A stretch of DNA of 64,000 bases from Actinomycetes bacterium (GCA_037143635.1 JBAWYI010000001.1:497-64496), one strand, 5' to 3'; counted from the stretch's first letter, positions 38,979-50,339 are shown. Translations and numbers: made by a program. The notes: generated by a model not told the origin, from the letters alone.

Positions 38979-39860
38979 GTGCTAAGTGAATCTGAAGCAA
39001 GATTGATCTTGTTCTCATGCATTGAGCCTGCTGATAATTTCTGGAGTAATGAGATATCCAATTTCAGTGCAGTAGATGTATTACAACGCATTTTGAGTGG
39101 TAAAAATTATTTCAAGCGAGCTGATATTTTAGGTCTGCAGGCAATTATTTCAAAGATTGATCTATCTAACTTAAAGAAAGAGTTAATTGACGCAGGCTCC
39201 ACATTACTAACACCAGAAGATTCAGATTGGCCCATACCCCTTAATGATCTTCAATCACCTCCAATTGCGTTAGTACTTAAAGGCGATAGAGGTATCTTAA
39301 ATAATCTTGATAAATCAATCTCAATTGTTGGTAGTAGAAAACCAACTAGCTACGGAGATCAGATTGCAAAGTCTTTAGCAATTGGGGCAGTTAAGCAGGA
39401 TTTAATTGTAGTAAGTGGTGGTGCCTATGGAATTGATACCGCATCCCATATTGGGGCGCTAGCCGGTGGTGGTAAAACTATTTGCGTGTTGGCTGGGGGA
39501 ATAAACCACTTATACCCACCCGAAAATAAAAAATTATTTAATCAAATCACTGCCTCTGGCCTTTTAATATCTGAGGTAATGCCAAATGTTAATTCCAAGC
39601 CGCACAGATTTCTGATAAGAAATCGTTTAATCGCTGCATTATCAAGAGCAACTGTTGTAGTGGAGGCTGAGTTTGTCAGTGGGTCAATTAGAACAGCACG
39701 GGATGCAGCGGAGATATTTAGGCCAGTATTTGCAATTCCTGGCGAAGTTACATCTTCCCTAAGCGCAGGGTGCCATCGCTTAATTGCCGAGCGAATTGCA
39801 GATATTGCTACCAACTTAGATGAGATATTGGAGATTATTACGCCACTGCAATTAAGGTAA
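38979..39860 (+). CDS. dprA: DNA-processing protein DprA
   Basis: IVGSRK, VSGGAYGID, FLIRNRLIAAL, VVEA, GCHRLI. Confidence 0.95.
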   Translation: MLSESEARLILFSCIEPADNFWSNEISNFSAVDVLQRILSGKNYFKRADILGLQAIISKIDLSNLKKELIDAGSTLLTPEDSDWPIPLNDLQSPPIALVLKGDRGILNNLDKSISIVGSRKPTSYGDQIAKSLAIGAVKQDLIVVSGGAYGIDTASHIGALAGGGKTICVLAGGINHLYPPENKKLFNQITASGLLISEVMPNVNSKPHRFLIRNRLIAALSRATVVVEAEFVSGSIRTARDAAEIFRPVFAIPGEVTSSLSAGCHRLIAERIADIATNLDEILEIITPLQLR

Positions 39861-39885
39861 TCAAAAAGGTGAGAGAATAGCTCTG

Positions 39886-40803
39886 ATGAGTGATTTCAAA
39901 GCAGGCTTTGTTGCAATTGTTGGCCGACCTAACACTGGTAAATCTACCTTGGTAAATGCTCTAGTTGGCACCAAGATAGTTATTACTTCACACCACCCAA
40001 ATACAACCAGAAATCCAATCCGAGGAATCATTAACAAAGAAAATTTTCAAATGATTGTTGTGGATACACCTGGAATGCATAAGCCAAAAAATGCCCTTGG
40101 AAATAGATTAAATACTATGGTTAATGAAAACATAGCCTCAACAGATGCAGTTGTCATTTGCATGCCAGCAAATGAAGATATCGGGGCAGGTGATGAATAT
40201 ATTGCAAAGCAAATTAAATCTCACATGCCAGTATTTTTAGTAGTTACCAAGGTCGATACGGTTTCAAAGTCAGATCTTGCCGCAAAGTTAGTGCAAGTAA
40301 CAGAATTTACCGATCGTTTAAAACTCTCCCGTGCTGAGATTGTGCCAATATCAGCAAAAAATCTTGAACAAACTGATTTATTACTAGATTTGCTCTCGAA
40401 AAAACTACCCTCCTCACCTGCTCTTTATCCAACTGATATTACAACTGATCAGGCAGAGGAGTTAATGTTTGCAGATTTAATTAGAGAGGCAGCGATTGAA
40501 GAGCTTTATGAGGAGTTACCTCACTCAGTTATGGTCACAATTGATGAGATGGCTGAGCGAGATGGTGGAAAGATATTTGATATTAATGCCACATTACATG
40601 TTGAGCGTGATAGCCAAAAGGGAATTATTATTGGACCCCAGGGTAGTAAATTAAAGGCAATCGGCACCCTTGCTCGTAAATCAATTGAAAACTTAGTTGG
40701 TATGCAAGTTTTTTTGCAAATTCATGTAAAGGTTTCTAAAGAGTGGCAGAAGGATCCAAAGTTACTAGCCAGACTTGGATTTACCGACTCACTTTCCGAC
40801 TAG
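39886..40803 (+). CDS. era: GTPase Era
   Basis: GRPNTGKST, DTPG, TKVD, EELPHS, KH domain SQKGIIIG. Confidence 0.96.
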   Translation: MSDFKAGFVAIVGRPNTGKSTLVNALVGTKIVITSHHPNTTRNPIRGIINKENFQMIVVDTPGMHKPKNALGNRLNTMVNENIASTDAVVICMPANEDIGAGDEYIAKQIKSHMPVFLVVTKVDTVSKSDLAAKLVQVTEFTDRLKLSRAEIVPISAKNLEQTDLLLDLLSKKLPSSPALYPTDITTDQAEELMFADLIREAAIEELYEELPHSVMVTIDEMAERDGGKIFDINATLHVERDSQKGIIIGPQGSKLKAIGTLARKSIENLVGMQVFLQIHVKVSKEWQKDPKLLARLGFTDSLSD

Positions 40804-41644
40804 CAAAGTAAGAACCAATAAGTACTAATGGAAGACCAAGAGCAATTCCAAGCGTTAGTGGCTCACCAAGCAAAATTACGCCAAGTAAAACTGCTACAGC
40901 AGTGTTTAGATAGGTAACAAGGGAGGCTCTAGGAGGTCCAACCTCCACAATTACTTTAAAGAATAAAATAAATGCAGCTGCAGTACATAAAATACCTAAA
41001 CCTAATACTGAACCGATGACTTCAATTGACGGTGTTTTCTTTGGCCAACTAATAATGGCAAAAGGCAAATAAACAAAGGATGTAATGATCATTGCCCAGG
41101 TGTTTAGTGCTAAGCCGGGAACTTGCGGAATCTTGCGATTAACCATATTAATTGCATAGGCATATCCCATTGCGGCAAGAAGCACCATGCTAATTGAAAT
41201 AATGTCTTGTCTTCCACTTAACGATTCAATACCAACGACTGCGACTACACCGATGAATCCGATAATTAATCCAAAGAGTCTAGATTTGTGCCAAACTGTG
41301 TGGTCGCCAAATATTGAAGCAAGTATCGCTGCCCAGATAGGCACAGTTGCAACAAGTAAGCCGGTTAGACCAGAGGTTATTTTTTGCTCAGCATTTGTAA
41401 TCAGATACCAAGGGCCAATTAACTCTGTGACTGTATAGAGAAGTAAAAGTGGCCAATACTGCCTAGCAATGAAAAAAGTTCTCCGCTTTAAAGCTATCGG
41501 CAGCAGAACAAGTGCACCAATTAGAACTCTTAAGAAGACAATAGAGGATGGTGACATCTCTTCTACTGCAACTTTTAAGAATAGATAGGGGATTCCCCAT
41601 AGAAAACCAAGTAGAGCAAATCGGCCCCATCCAGATTTAGTCAA
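40781..41644 (-). CDS. EamA/DMT-family transporter
   Basis: LWGIPYLF start, about ten TM helices, GPPRAS..TY, LGEPLT. Confidence 0.88.
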   Translation of the reverse strand: MTKSGWGRFALLGFLWGIPYLFLKVAVEEMSPSSIVFLRVLIGALVLLPIALKRRTFFIARQYWPLLLLYTVTELIGPWYLITNAEQKITSGLTGLLVATVPIWAAILASIFGDHTVWHKSRLFGLIIGFIGVVAVVGIESLSGRQDIISISMVLLAAMGYAYAINMVNRKIPQVPGLALNTWAMIITSFVYLPFAIISWPKKTPSIEVIGSVLGLGILCTAAAFILFFKVIVEVGPPRASLVTYLNTAVAVLLGVILLGEPLTLGIALGLPLVLIGSYFASRKVSR

Positions 41645-42583
41645 TTAATTTCCTCTTCCTAAAATCGCATTTATTTCAAAGGCAATATCTGAATAAAGTA
41701 AATTTGCATCTTCAGTAACTCCACTTAAATTGAAGAAGCCATGTATTTGGCCACCATACTCCTTATATATAGCTGGCACCGAACTTGCCACCAATTTCTG
41801 GTAATACTGTCTTGCATCATCAGTTAATGGATCAAATTGCGCTGCGATCACAATCGCAGGGGCAACTCCTTTAAGATCTGTCGAGCTGGCTGGAACTGCA
41901 TAAGGGTTACTGTGGTGATCTTTATTTGGAAGATATTTATCCCAAAACCATCTCATCGATTTAGTTGTTAAACCAAACCCTTCTGCAAAATCAGTTGCAG
42001 ATTGGTACTCCATCTGGATCTGATTACATGGGTAAATTAACAACTGAAATGCCAGGGCAATTAAATTTTTATCTCTTGCTTTAATTGCAACCGCAGAGGC
42101 AAGGTTGCCACCGGCGCTATCACCGGCAACACCAATGGATTCTGAATCTATGGCTAGCTCTTTTGCATGTCTTACTACCCACTCCAATGTGGCATAGCAA
42201 TCGTCAAATGGTGTGGGATAAGGATGCTCTGGTGCTTTTTGATATTGAACGGCAATAATTACAAAATTTCCAAGCTTTGCAATACTTCTAAGAGCAGGCT
42301 CATATATATCTAGAAAATTTAATACCCAGCCGCCACCATGAAAGAAAACTAGAGCAGGCAGATTCTTTTCATTAGTTGGCCGATAAATTCGAATTGGCAG
42401 GTCCGCCGTAGGACCGGGAATAAATTTATGCTCAACTGCAAATAGATCAATTAATGGTTGTGTCAAAGCTATATGGGTATGGGTATTTTTCCGGATCTCA
42501 TCTAATGGTGCTTGCCATACTTGAGGTTGCCCTAATGCTGCCCGTTCAGCCAGATGCTTAATGATCTCGGGTTTTAGTCCCAT
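41645..42583 (-). CDS. Alpha/beta hydrolase (HSL-like esterase)
   Basis: HGGG oxyanion motif, GDSAG nucleophile, DPL, HGF. Confidence 0.92.
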   Translation of the reverse strand: MGLKPEIIKHLAERAALGQPQVWQAPLDEIRKNTHTHIALTQPLIDLFAVEHKFIPGPTADLPIRIYRPTNEKNLPALVFFHGGGWVLNFLDIYEPALRSIAKLGNFVIIAVQYQKAPEHPYPTPFDDCYATLEWVVRHAKELAIDSESIGVAGDSAGGNLASAVAIKARDKNLIALAFQLLIYPCNQIQMEYQSATDFAEGFGLTTKSMRWFWDKYLPNKDHHSNPYAVPASSTDLKGVAPAIVIAAQFDPLTDDARQYYQKLVASSVPAIYKEYGGQIHGFFNLSGVTEDANLLYSDIAFEINAILGRGN

Positions 42584-42650
42584 TGCGGCAGAGTAGACTT
42601 AGCCGTCGGCGTTGACCAATTTTAAAAGATTTAAGGCTGGAGTTTTCTAA

Positions 42651-43676
42651 ATGCGTATCGGTGTTCTAACAGGTGGCGGGGATTGTCCTGGATTAAATGC
42701 GGTCATACGCGCAGTTGTTCGCAAAGGCGTCAAAGAGTATGGCTATGAGTTCATAGGATTTCGTGATGGTTGGCGAGGACCACTTGAAGGTTTAACAATG
42801 AAGCTTGATATTGCTGCAACTAGAGGAATTTTGCCAAAGGGTGGAACCATTCTTGGTTCATCTCGCACTAATCCTTTTAAAATTGAAGGTGGTGTTGAGA
42901 AAATAAAAGAGAATTTAGCAAAGATGGGTGTTGATGCTTTAATCGCAATTGGCGGTGAAGATACCTTAGGAGTTGCCACGAAACTAGACTCACTTGGTGT
43001 TAAAGTAATTGGAGTTCCTAAAACTATTGATAATGATTTAAATAATACTGATTACACATTTGGTTTTGATACTGCGGTAAATATCGCAGTAGAAGCAATC
43101 GATCGCCTTCACACCACCGCAGAATCACATCATCGGGCATTAATTGTTGAGGTAATGGGTCGACATGCTGGTTGGATTGCGCTGCACTCTGGCCTTGCTG
43201 GCGGTGCTTCATGCATATTAATTCCTGAGGTTAAGTTCTCAGTTGAGCAAGTTTGTAAATGGGTGGAATCAAGATTTGAGCAAAGTTATTCACCAATCAT
43301 TGTTATTGCTGAAGGTGCTATTCCGCAAGATGGCGATATGGTCACAAAAGATCAAACCCTTGATTCATTTGGCCATGTTAAGTTATCTGGAATCGGTGAG
43401 TGGCTTGCTGGTCAGATTGAATCTAAGACGGGCAAAGAGGCTCGTACATCGGTACTAGGACATATTCAACGAGGTGGCACACCAACTGCATTTGATCGAG
43501 TTCTTGCTACTCGGTTTGGCCTACATGCGATCACTGCTGTCCATGATGGTGATTGGGGCAAGATGGTGGCTCTGCATGGGACCAAGATCGAGCGAGTTCC
43601 ATTGGCATCTGCAACTACAAAATTAAAGACAGTTGATCCTGAGCTATATAAAGAGGCGGAGATCTTCTTTGGGTAA
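42651..43676 (+). CDS. pfkA: 6-phosphofructokinase (PPi-type signature)
   Basis: TGGGDCPGLN, GGEDT, PKTIDND, EVMGR, GHIQRGG. Confidence 0.95.
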   Translation: MRIGVLTGGGDCPGLNAVIRAVVRKGVKEYGYEFIGFRDGWRGPLEGLTMKLDIAATRGILPKGGTILGSSRTNPFKIEGGVEKIKENLAKMGVDALIAIGGEDTLGVATKLDSLGVKVIGVPKTIDNDLNNTDYTFGFDTAVNIAVEAIDRLHTTAESHHRALIVEVMGRHAGWIALHSGLAGGASCILIPEVKFSVEQVCKWVESRFEQSYSPIIVIAEGAIPQDGDMVTKDQTLDSFGHVKLSGIGEWLAGQIESKTGKEARTSVLGHIQRGGTPTAFDRVLATRFGLHAITAVHDGDWGKMVALHGTKIERVPLASATTKLKTVDPELYKEAEIFFG

Positions 43677-43730
43677 TGATGGGTGCTTAATTAGCCACAT
43701 CAATACCAATAGATTGCCTACCATTATCTA

Positions 43731-45068
43731 ATGAGCGCTAACTCGATATTTAAAGCTGGGCTAGTTGCTGCCCAACAGCCAGCCTGGCCAGATACTGCTG
43801 CCGTTAAATCTGCTGTATCTGAGTTAGAGAGTTTTCCGCCGCTAGTTTTCGCCGGTGAGTGCGACAACCTAAAGAAACGTATCGCCGAAGCAGCCGCGGG
43901 TCGAGCATTCTGGTTACAAGGTGGAGATTGTGCTGAGACATTTGTGGGGGCAACGGCTGATTCAATTAGAAATCGAATTAAAACAATATTACAGATGGCA
44001 GCAGTTCTTCAGTACTTCTCATCCCTACCAGTAATTAAGGTTGGGCGGATGGCTGGTCAGTTTGCTAAGCCACGAAGTAATGACAATGAAACACGAGATG
44101 GAGTAACCCTGCCGGCATACCGAGGGGATGCAGTTAATGATATTGAGTTCACTAAAGAGGCAAGAACTCCTAATCCAAAACGATTAGTTCAGGTTTATAA
44201 CACCTCGGCAGCAACCTTAAATCTTGTTCGGGCCTTTACCCAAGGTGGATTTGCAGACCTGCGCCAAGTTCATAGTTGGAATAAGGGTTTTGCTGCTGAC
44301 GCCCGATTTAGCGCTCGCTATGAAGAGATGGCAAATGAAATCGGACGGGCAATTCAGTTTATGCAATCTGCCGGAGTTGATCCAGAGTCATTTAAATCAG
44401 TTGATTTTTATTCAAGCCATGAAGCGTTGATTTTGGAGTATGAAAAAGCACTAACAAGAATAGATTCACGTACAAATAATCCATATGATGTTTCCGCCCA
44501 CTTTGTTTGGATTGGTGAGCGCACAAGACAATTAGATGGTGCGCACATGGATTTTGCTGAAAAAATCCACAACCCAATTGGTGTAAAGCTTGGGCCAAAG
44601 ACAACGGCTGAGGATGCACTTTCAATAATTAAACGATTAAACCCAAGTAATGAACCAGGGCGATTAACTTTTATTACTCGTATGGGGGCTGGAACTATTC
44701 GCGAAAAACTCCCGGCATTAGTTGATGCAGTTACAAAATCTGGCGCCTCAGTTTTGTGGGTATGTGATCCGATGCATGGCAATACCTATGAGGCACCAAG
44801 TGGGTATAAGACTCGTAAATTTGATGATGTACTTGATGAGGTTCGTGGGTTTTTTGAGGTTCATAAAAAGCTTGGTACCCATCCAGGCGGAATTCATATT
44901 GAGTTAACTGGAGATGATGTTACAGAGTGTGTTGGTGGTGGCGAACAAATTAGCCATGAGGATCTTTCTACTCGCTATGAAAGCGCCTGCGATCCAAGAC
45001 TTAACCATACTCAATCGCTGGAATTAGCATTTTTAGTTGCTGAAATGTTACGAGATCATAAAAAATAA
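43731..45068 (+). CDS. Class II DAHP synthase
   Basis: LQGGDCAE, GRMAGQFAKPRS, WIGERTR, CDPMHGNT, CDPRLN. Confidence 0.96.
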   Translation: MSANSIFKAGLVAAQQPAWPDTAAVKSAVSELESFPPLVFAGECDNLKKRIAEAAAGRAFWLQGGDCAETFVGATADSIRNRIKTILQMAAVLQYFSSLPVIKVGRMAGQFAKPRSNDNETRDGVTLPAYRGDAVNDIEFTKEARTPNPKRLVQVYNTSAATLNLVRAFTQGGFADLRQVHSWNKGFAADARFSARYEEMANEIGRAIQFMQSAGVDPESFKSVDFYSSHEALILEYEKALTRIDSRTNNPYDVSAHFVWIGERTRQLDGAHMDFAEKIHNPIGVKLGPKTTAEDALSIIKRLNPSNEPGRLTFITRMGAGTIREKLPALVDAVTKSGASVLWVCDPMHGNTYEAPSGYKTRKFDDVLDEVRGFFEVHKKLGTHPGGIHIELTGDDVTECVGGGEQISHEDLSTRYESACDPRLNHTQSLELAFLVAEMLRDHKK

Positions 45069-45106
45069 GTATTCCCTTTCTCTCTATATAGGTTTAGCCT
45101 CAGAGG

Positions 45107-45601
45107 GTGCTTTCTAGGACCTCTTTTAAAACTCCCATTGGCCTTCTTTATTTAATAGCAGATCAGCAGATTTTGTTAGCAGCTGGCTTTACTGGTTTTG
45201 AAGATTTAATTCCACGCCTATCTCCAGAGGATTCAATTAGAGAGATTAAATTAGTAACTGAGATACCAGTAATTAGTGAACTTATTTCTGATTACTTTAA
45301 TGGTGATACTTCAGCACTTAATTCAATTAAGGTTCGTCAACCTGGTGCCCCTTTTTACCAATCAGTTTGGAAAGAGATGCGTAAGGTGCCAGTTGGAAAA
45401 ACTTGGTCATATTCAGATCTAGCAAAACGAGCCGGATCAGCCAGTGCGGTTAGAGCTGTTGGCAGCGCATGTTCGAGTAACTTAATTGCAGCAATTGTTC
45501 CGTGTCATCGAATTGTTAAAAGCGGTGGATCGCTTGGGAATTATGCTTATGGTATTGAGGTTAAGGAGTGGCTGTTAAAGCACGAGGGCGCGCTGCAGTA
45601 G
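45107..45601 (+). CDS. ogt: Methylated-DNA--protein-cysteine methyltransferase
   Basis: RAVGSAC and VPCHR active site. Confidence 0.93.
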   Translation: MLSRTSFKTPIGLLYLIADQQILLAAGFTGFEDLIPRLSPEDSIREIKLVTEIPVISELISDYFNGDTSALNSIKVRQPGAPFYQSVWKEMRKVPVGKTWSYSDLAKRAGSASAVRAVGSACSSNLIAAIVPCHRIVKSGGSLGNYAYGIEVKEWLLKHEGALQ

Positions 45602-46630
45602 CTGAGGCAATACTTGATTCACAGTTTCAATATCACCATCTGTTAGGTCTAAATGTGTGACAAGTCGTAAGTATTTTGGACCTAGCGCGCTAGCTAAAAC
45701 TCCCTTTTCCTTTAATTGAGCCGACAAGTCACTTGCAGTAATTTTCAGCGAAGTAATATCCAATCCCACTATGTTTGTCTCAACAGTAGTTGGATCGATA
45801 ATTTTTGGTGCTACAGCTGAAATTGCATGGGCGAGTGACTTTGCTCTTTGGTGATCATTTTTAAGAAGTGGCAGATTATTATCTAAGGCATAGTGGCCGG
45901 CAGCAGCTAAAATTCCTGCCTGACGCATCCCGGCACCATATCTCTTGCGCCATTGGCGAGCTTTTAATATGCGATCTTTGGTGGAGAGCATTAACGAACC
46001 AACTGGGGCACCAAGTCCTTTAGAAAGACAAATACTTACCGTATCAAAGTATTTTCCATACTCTTTAAAATCTACTCCACTGGCAATATGAGCATTCCAA
46101 ATCCTTGCACCGTCGAGGTGTAGTGCAATTCCAAGCTTTTCACTTTCTTGTCGTAATTTCTTTATTTCTTCGAGGGGTTGAACAGTGCCACCACCAAAGT
46201 TATGAGTATTCTCAACTGCAATTGCAGTCGTTGAAACTAGATATGGTCCGGAGTCTGGTCTTGCAATATTTAATGGATCATCAGCAGATAAAAGTCCTCT
46301 GTCTGCTAGCCAGGTCCGAGTTGTTATACCGCTAAACACTGCACCAGCACCCAGCTCAGCTCTAACAATATGTGAGTTAGTTTCAGTAATTAACTCTTCG
46401 CCAGGATTTACCAACATCCGGATTGATAACTGATTTGCTAGCGAACCACTTGGGCAAAATAACGCCGCTTCCTTACCAAATAAGTGTGCAACTCTTTCCT
46501 CCAGTGAATTTATTGTTGGATCTTCACCGTAAACATCATCACCAACAGGTGCGGATGCCATCGAATCACGCATGCCAGCAGAAGGCTTAGTGACCGTGTC
46601 AGATCTAAGGTCGATTACTGGATTAGTCAT
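45575..46630 (-). CDS. ltaE: Low-specificity L-threonine aldolase
   Basis: [36 protein letters not shown]. Confidence 0.95.
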   Translation of the reverse strand: MTNPVIDLRSDTVTKPSAGMRDSMASAPVGDDVYGEDPTINSLEERVAHLFGKEAALFCPSGSLANQLSIRMLVNPGEELITETNSHIVRAELGAGAVFSGITTRTWLADRGLLSADDPLNIARPDSGPYLVSTTAIAVENTHNFGGGTVQPLEEIKKLRQESEKLGIALHLDGARIWNAHIASGVDFKEYGKYFDTVSICLSKGLGAPVGSLMLSTKDRILKARQWRKRYGAGMRQAGILAAAGHYALDNNLPLLKNDHQRAKSLAHAISAVAPKIIDPTTVETNIVGLDITSLKITASDLSAQLKEKGVLASALGPKYLRLVTHLDLTDGDIETVNQVLPQLLQRALVL

Positions 46631-47501
46631 GGTGGAATGTTCTCATATTTTCTTTACGTGCATCAGACCAGATAACTAAGCCCATTGCAACCATTACAAA
46701 TAACCCGCCAGATATGATTTTTAAGGTCAACGGGTCATTGTGGAAATAAAGACCGAAAATAACTGCAAACGGTGTTTCCGTTGCCAGTAACACGCTTGCC
46801 GCAGTTGCACTCATTACTGATTGCGCTTTAGTTTGAACAAGAAAAGCTAGGAAGGTAGCAAAAAAGGCAGTGAATAACACTGCTGACCAAACGGAATAAT
46901 CTGGCGGAAGTTGGAATCCATCTCTAACAGTAAATAAAGATGCCATAACTGCTAACGTAATTATTTGTATGAGCGTTAATGCATAGGTATTACCACCATC
47001 GCTCCACTCACCAAGTGCGACAAAGTGGGCTCCATATAAAATAGCTGAAATTAAAACTAAAGTTTCACCTAAACCAATTGAAACTCCATTAAAGGAAATA
47101 AGGAATAGGCCAATAGTTGCCAGTAATACAGCCAGCCATTGAATTTTTAGCACATGTCGACGAAGAATAATTAATGAAATTAATGGGGTAAAGACTAGAT
47201 ATAGACCAGTGATAAACCCAGTGTTTGAAACCGTTGTCTTGATAAGTCCAAAGGTCTGGAATATATAGCCACTTCCAAGAAGTATGCCGGCAAAAATTCC
47301 TCTAATAATAAATTGCTTGCTAAGTCCTCTTAAAACAGTAGGTCTGTACATAAACATTAAAATCGCTGCAACAATGAATCTTGACGCTAGAAATGAAAAG
47401 ACATCTTGCTTCTCAAGGGAATCTTTCATAATCACAAAAGATCCACCCCATACAGCCGCAGCACCTAACATAGCTAGGTATAAGAGATTTTTACTCTTCA
47501 T
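46623..47501 (-). CDS. EamA/DMT-family transporter
   Basis: [24 protein letters not shown]; two EamA repeats. Confidence 0.88.
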   Translation of the reverse strand: MKSKNLLYLAMLGAAAVWGGSFVIMKDSLEKQDVFSFLASRFIVAAILMFMYRPTVLRGLSKQFIIRGIFAGILLGSGYIFQTFGLIKTTVSNTGFITGLYLVFTPLISLIILRRHVLKIQWLAVLLATIGLFLISFNGVSIGLGETLVLISAILYGAHFVALGEWSDGGNTYALTLIQIITLAVMASLFTVRDGFQLPPDYSVWSAVLFTAFFATFLAFLVQTKAQSVMSATAASVLLATETPFAVIFGLYFHNDPLTLKIISGGLFVMVAMGLVIWSDARKENMRTFHHD

Positions 47502-48367
47502 TTTTTATCCCGCATTTTTTTAAGGAGCGCTACTTCACTTCCATGTTCTGGCTCAGATCCAGGTGTCTCTAATATCAATGGGGCGTTGGCAATTGCTGGG
47601 TGCGAGATGAGCTCTGCAAATGGCTTGGTACCAATTTCACCCTTACCAATATTTTGATGACGATCCTTTAAATTTCCGCAAATATCCATTGAATCATTTA
47701 CGTGAATTAATTTAATTCGATCGATTCCAGCAATTTTTACCAATAAATCTAAGGTCTCAGTCATGCCCCCAGGCTTTTTAATATCATGTCCAGCTGCAAA
47801 AACGTGGCAGGTATCTAGACAAACTCCTACCTTTGGGTGCCATTCAAGTGCTTCAAAGTATTTAGTTAGATCATCAAGTTTCTTAACAAGTGATTGCCCT
47901 TGCCCGGCAGTTGGTTCAAGCAGGAGCCATGGGTCATCATCTTTAAGATTATTTAGAATTGGCATCATTCCTTCATGAATCTGCTTCCAGGCCTGATCGA
48001 CATGTGATTCATCAACTGCTGAACCGGTATGGACAACCACACCATGAGCGCCAATCTCGCGCCCACGTCTTAATGAGTATGCAGTAGCGGCAAGAGAGTT
48101 TTCATATGTTGAAACTGTTGGTGAGCCTAAATTTATTAAAAATGAAGCGTGTACGTATGGCTTAATGTCATGTTCTTTGGTTTTTGCTTTGAAAGCTTCA
48201 TCCATTGCTGGATTAGGTGCAGAGGTGGCCCAAGTCCGTGGACTGGATGCAAATACTTGAATGGTTTCAGCTTTGATTGTTAATGCATACTCAATTGAGC
48301 GAGTTGCCATGCCACCAGATGTGGGTACATGGGCGCCAATTCGAATCGAGCTTTTAGCAGCGGACAT
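47498..48367 (-). CDS. nfo: Endonuclease IV
   Basis: IGAH, HASFLINL, CLDTCH, HVNDS, DRH, ILETP. Confidence 0.94.
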   Translation of the reverse strand: MSAAKSSIRIGAHVPTSGGMATRSIEYALTIKAETIQVFASSPRTWATSAPNPAMDEAFKAKTKEHDIKPYVHASFLINLGSPTVSTYENSLAATAYSLRRGREIGAHGVVVHTGSAVDESHVDQAWKQIHEGMMPILNNLKDDDPWLLLEPTAGQGQSLVKKLDDLTKYFEALEWHPKVGVCLDTCHVFAAGHDIKKPGGMTETLDLLVKIAGIDRIKLIHVNDSMDICGNLKDRHQNIGKGEIGTKPFAELISHPAIANAPLILETPGSEPEHGSEVALLKKMRDKK

Positions 48368-48401
48368 TTGGCGAGCCTACCTGAGAGTTGGCTTACTTAC
48401 T

Positions 48402-50303
48402 CTATCGAAGAGTAATAGTGATTACCGTGCCCTGCTTAACCTTACTGCCAATAGCTGGAGTTATGTTATTCACCTTACCAGAACCTTTAACGCTAACTTT
48501 TAATCCAAGATTCTCTAGATCAACACTTGCATCATTTTTGTTCTTACCTAGTACATTTGGAACAAATACAAACTCTGATCCCTTTGAGATGACTAATTCA
48601 ATTTTGCTTCCTTTACTAATTAGATCAGACTTTTCTGGAGTCTGGGTAATAACCTGACCTTTAAATATATTGTCACTAAAACTGTATTTAACATTAACAT
48701 CAAATCCTAAGTCGTTTAATTCAGAAAGCGCTTGCTCTCCGCCCTTACCAACATATGAGGAGAGTGATAATTGCTCAACTCCCTTACTAACAATTAAATT
48801 TACAATTGATTTTCTTCTTACTTCACTACCGTCTTTTGGATCAGTTCCAATTACAAAGCCAGCTGCAACTTTCATGTCAAAACTTTCATTTACTTGACCC
48901 ACGCTTAAGCCGAGATCAGCAATTTTCCCCGACGCTATATCTGGAGTTAATCCATTCAGTATCGGAATGACAATACGCTCTTGGCCTTTTGAAACTATCA
49001 AACCAACAGTTCCAGCGGGGGATACCTTGCCACCTCCACCAGGTTTTGTTGCAATTATTTTTCCTTTTGGTACATCTTCGCTAAATACCTCTTCAACTAC
49101 TTGAATGCTTAATCCAAGATTTTTCAAACTACTTTTAGCTTCGCTTTGACTCATTCCAACTAATGATGGAACAGAAATTTTATTCGCGTTAAGAACTTTA
49201 TAACCACCAAAAAGTATCGCTAAAAGTAAAAATAAAGCAATAATTCGATTACGACGCACTCTTCTAGAAACCTTGCGCTTTTTAGTTCTGATTGAATCTT
49301 CCGGCTTGTTTATGTTAATTGGTTTACTAGAAATTAGTTGGGATGTTTTCTCTTTTATCCCACCAAAAGCCGAAGTTACCGAAACTTTTCCTCTTTTACT
49401 TTTTTTGCTAACCACTGGAGGCAGATCAAGCTCTAAACTCATCTGGCGACGTTTTGGATCAATTTTGGCTTGAATCTCTTTTAATTTACTTAATAACTCT
49501 TCCGCATCCTTTGGCCGCTGATCTGGATTTGGTGCGGTCACCTCATAAACCAACTCCGCAACAGAAGCGGGAATTGCACTATTAATGGTTTGAATATTAG
49601 GTATTCGATCATTAACGTGGCGATAAGCAATTTGAATTGGTGTTTCACCGCTATAAGGTTTATCACCAGTTAGCATTTCAAATAAAACTATTCCAATCGC
49701 GTAGATATCACTTCTGGCATCTGCAACACCGCGCTGGACCTGTTCGGGGGATAAATATGAAACACTACCCAGGACAACACTTGACTCTGCCGTCATAGTT
49801 TGTCCCATTGCAATATTCCTTGCTAAACCAAAATCGGCAACCTTAATTCGACCGTCTTTTGAAATTAAAATATTTTCTGGTTTGATATCTCGATGAATAA
49901 TTCCAATTCTATGTGCAGCCGAAAGGGCGCTTAGGACTGGAGTGATTAGTTGAAGCGTTTGTTCAACTGTTAATGAACCATTTTCATTTAAATAATCTCG
50001 CAGAGTACTTCCTTCAACTAACTCCATCACAAGAAATACTGCCGGTGGTCCACCCTCATTCCAACCTTGATCTTGTATTGAAACAATATTTGGGTGTGAT
50101 AGTGCTGCAGTTGCTTTAGCTTCTTTTATGAATCTAGATACGAATGCTTCATCATTAGCAAGATGAGCATGCATAATTTTTACCGCAACCGGGCGGTCTA
50201 GGCGAGTGTCTAAGCCAGCATAAATGGTGGCCATGCCACCAGATGCAATCTGACGTTGCAAAAGGTAGCGATTATCAATTAGCTCACCAGTTAAATCAGA
50301 CAC
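48402..50303 (-). CDS. pknL: PASTA-domain Ser/Thr protein kinase (PknL/Stk1 type)
   Basis: GGMATIY, VAVK, HRDIKPEN, DFG, one TM helix, PASTA repeats. Confidence 0.92.
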   Translation of the reverse strand: MSDLTGELIDNRYLLQRQIASGGMATIYAGLDTRLDRPVAVKIMHAHLANDEAFVSRFIKEAKATAALSHPNIVSIQDQGWNEGGPPAVFLVMELVEGSTLRDYLNENGSLTVEQTLQLITPVLSALSAAHRIGIIHRDIKPENILISKDGRIKVADFGLARNIAMGQTMTAESSVVLGSVSYLSPEQVQRGVADARSDIYAIGIVLFEMLTGDKPYSGETPIQIAYRHVNDRIPNIQTINSAIPASVAELVYEVTAPNPDQRPKDAEELLSKLKEIQAKIDPKRRQMSLELDLPPVVSKKSKRGKVSVTSAFGGIKEKTSQLISSKPININKPEDSIRTKKRKVSRRVRRNRIIALFLLLAILFGGYKVLNANKISVPSLVGMSQSEAKSSLKNLGLSIQVVEEVFSEDVPKGKIIATKPGGGGKVSPAGTVGLIVSKGQERIVIPILNGLTPDIASGKIADLGLSVGQVNESFDMKVAAGFVIGTDPKDGSEVRRKSIVNLIVSKGVEQLSLSSYVGKGGEQALSELNDLGFDVNVKYSFSDNIFKGQVITQTPEKSDLISKGSKIELVISKGSEFVFVPNVLGKNKNDASVDLENLGLKVSVKGSGKVNNITPAIGSKVKQGTVITITLR

Positions 50304-50339
50304 GATGAAAGTTTAGAGAAAAAATCTTAAAATTAGAGA

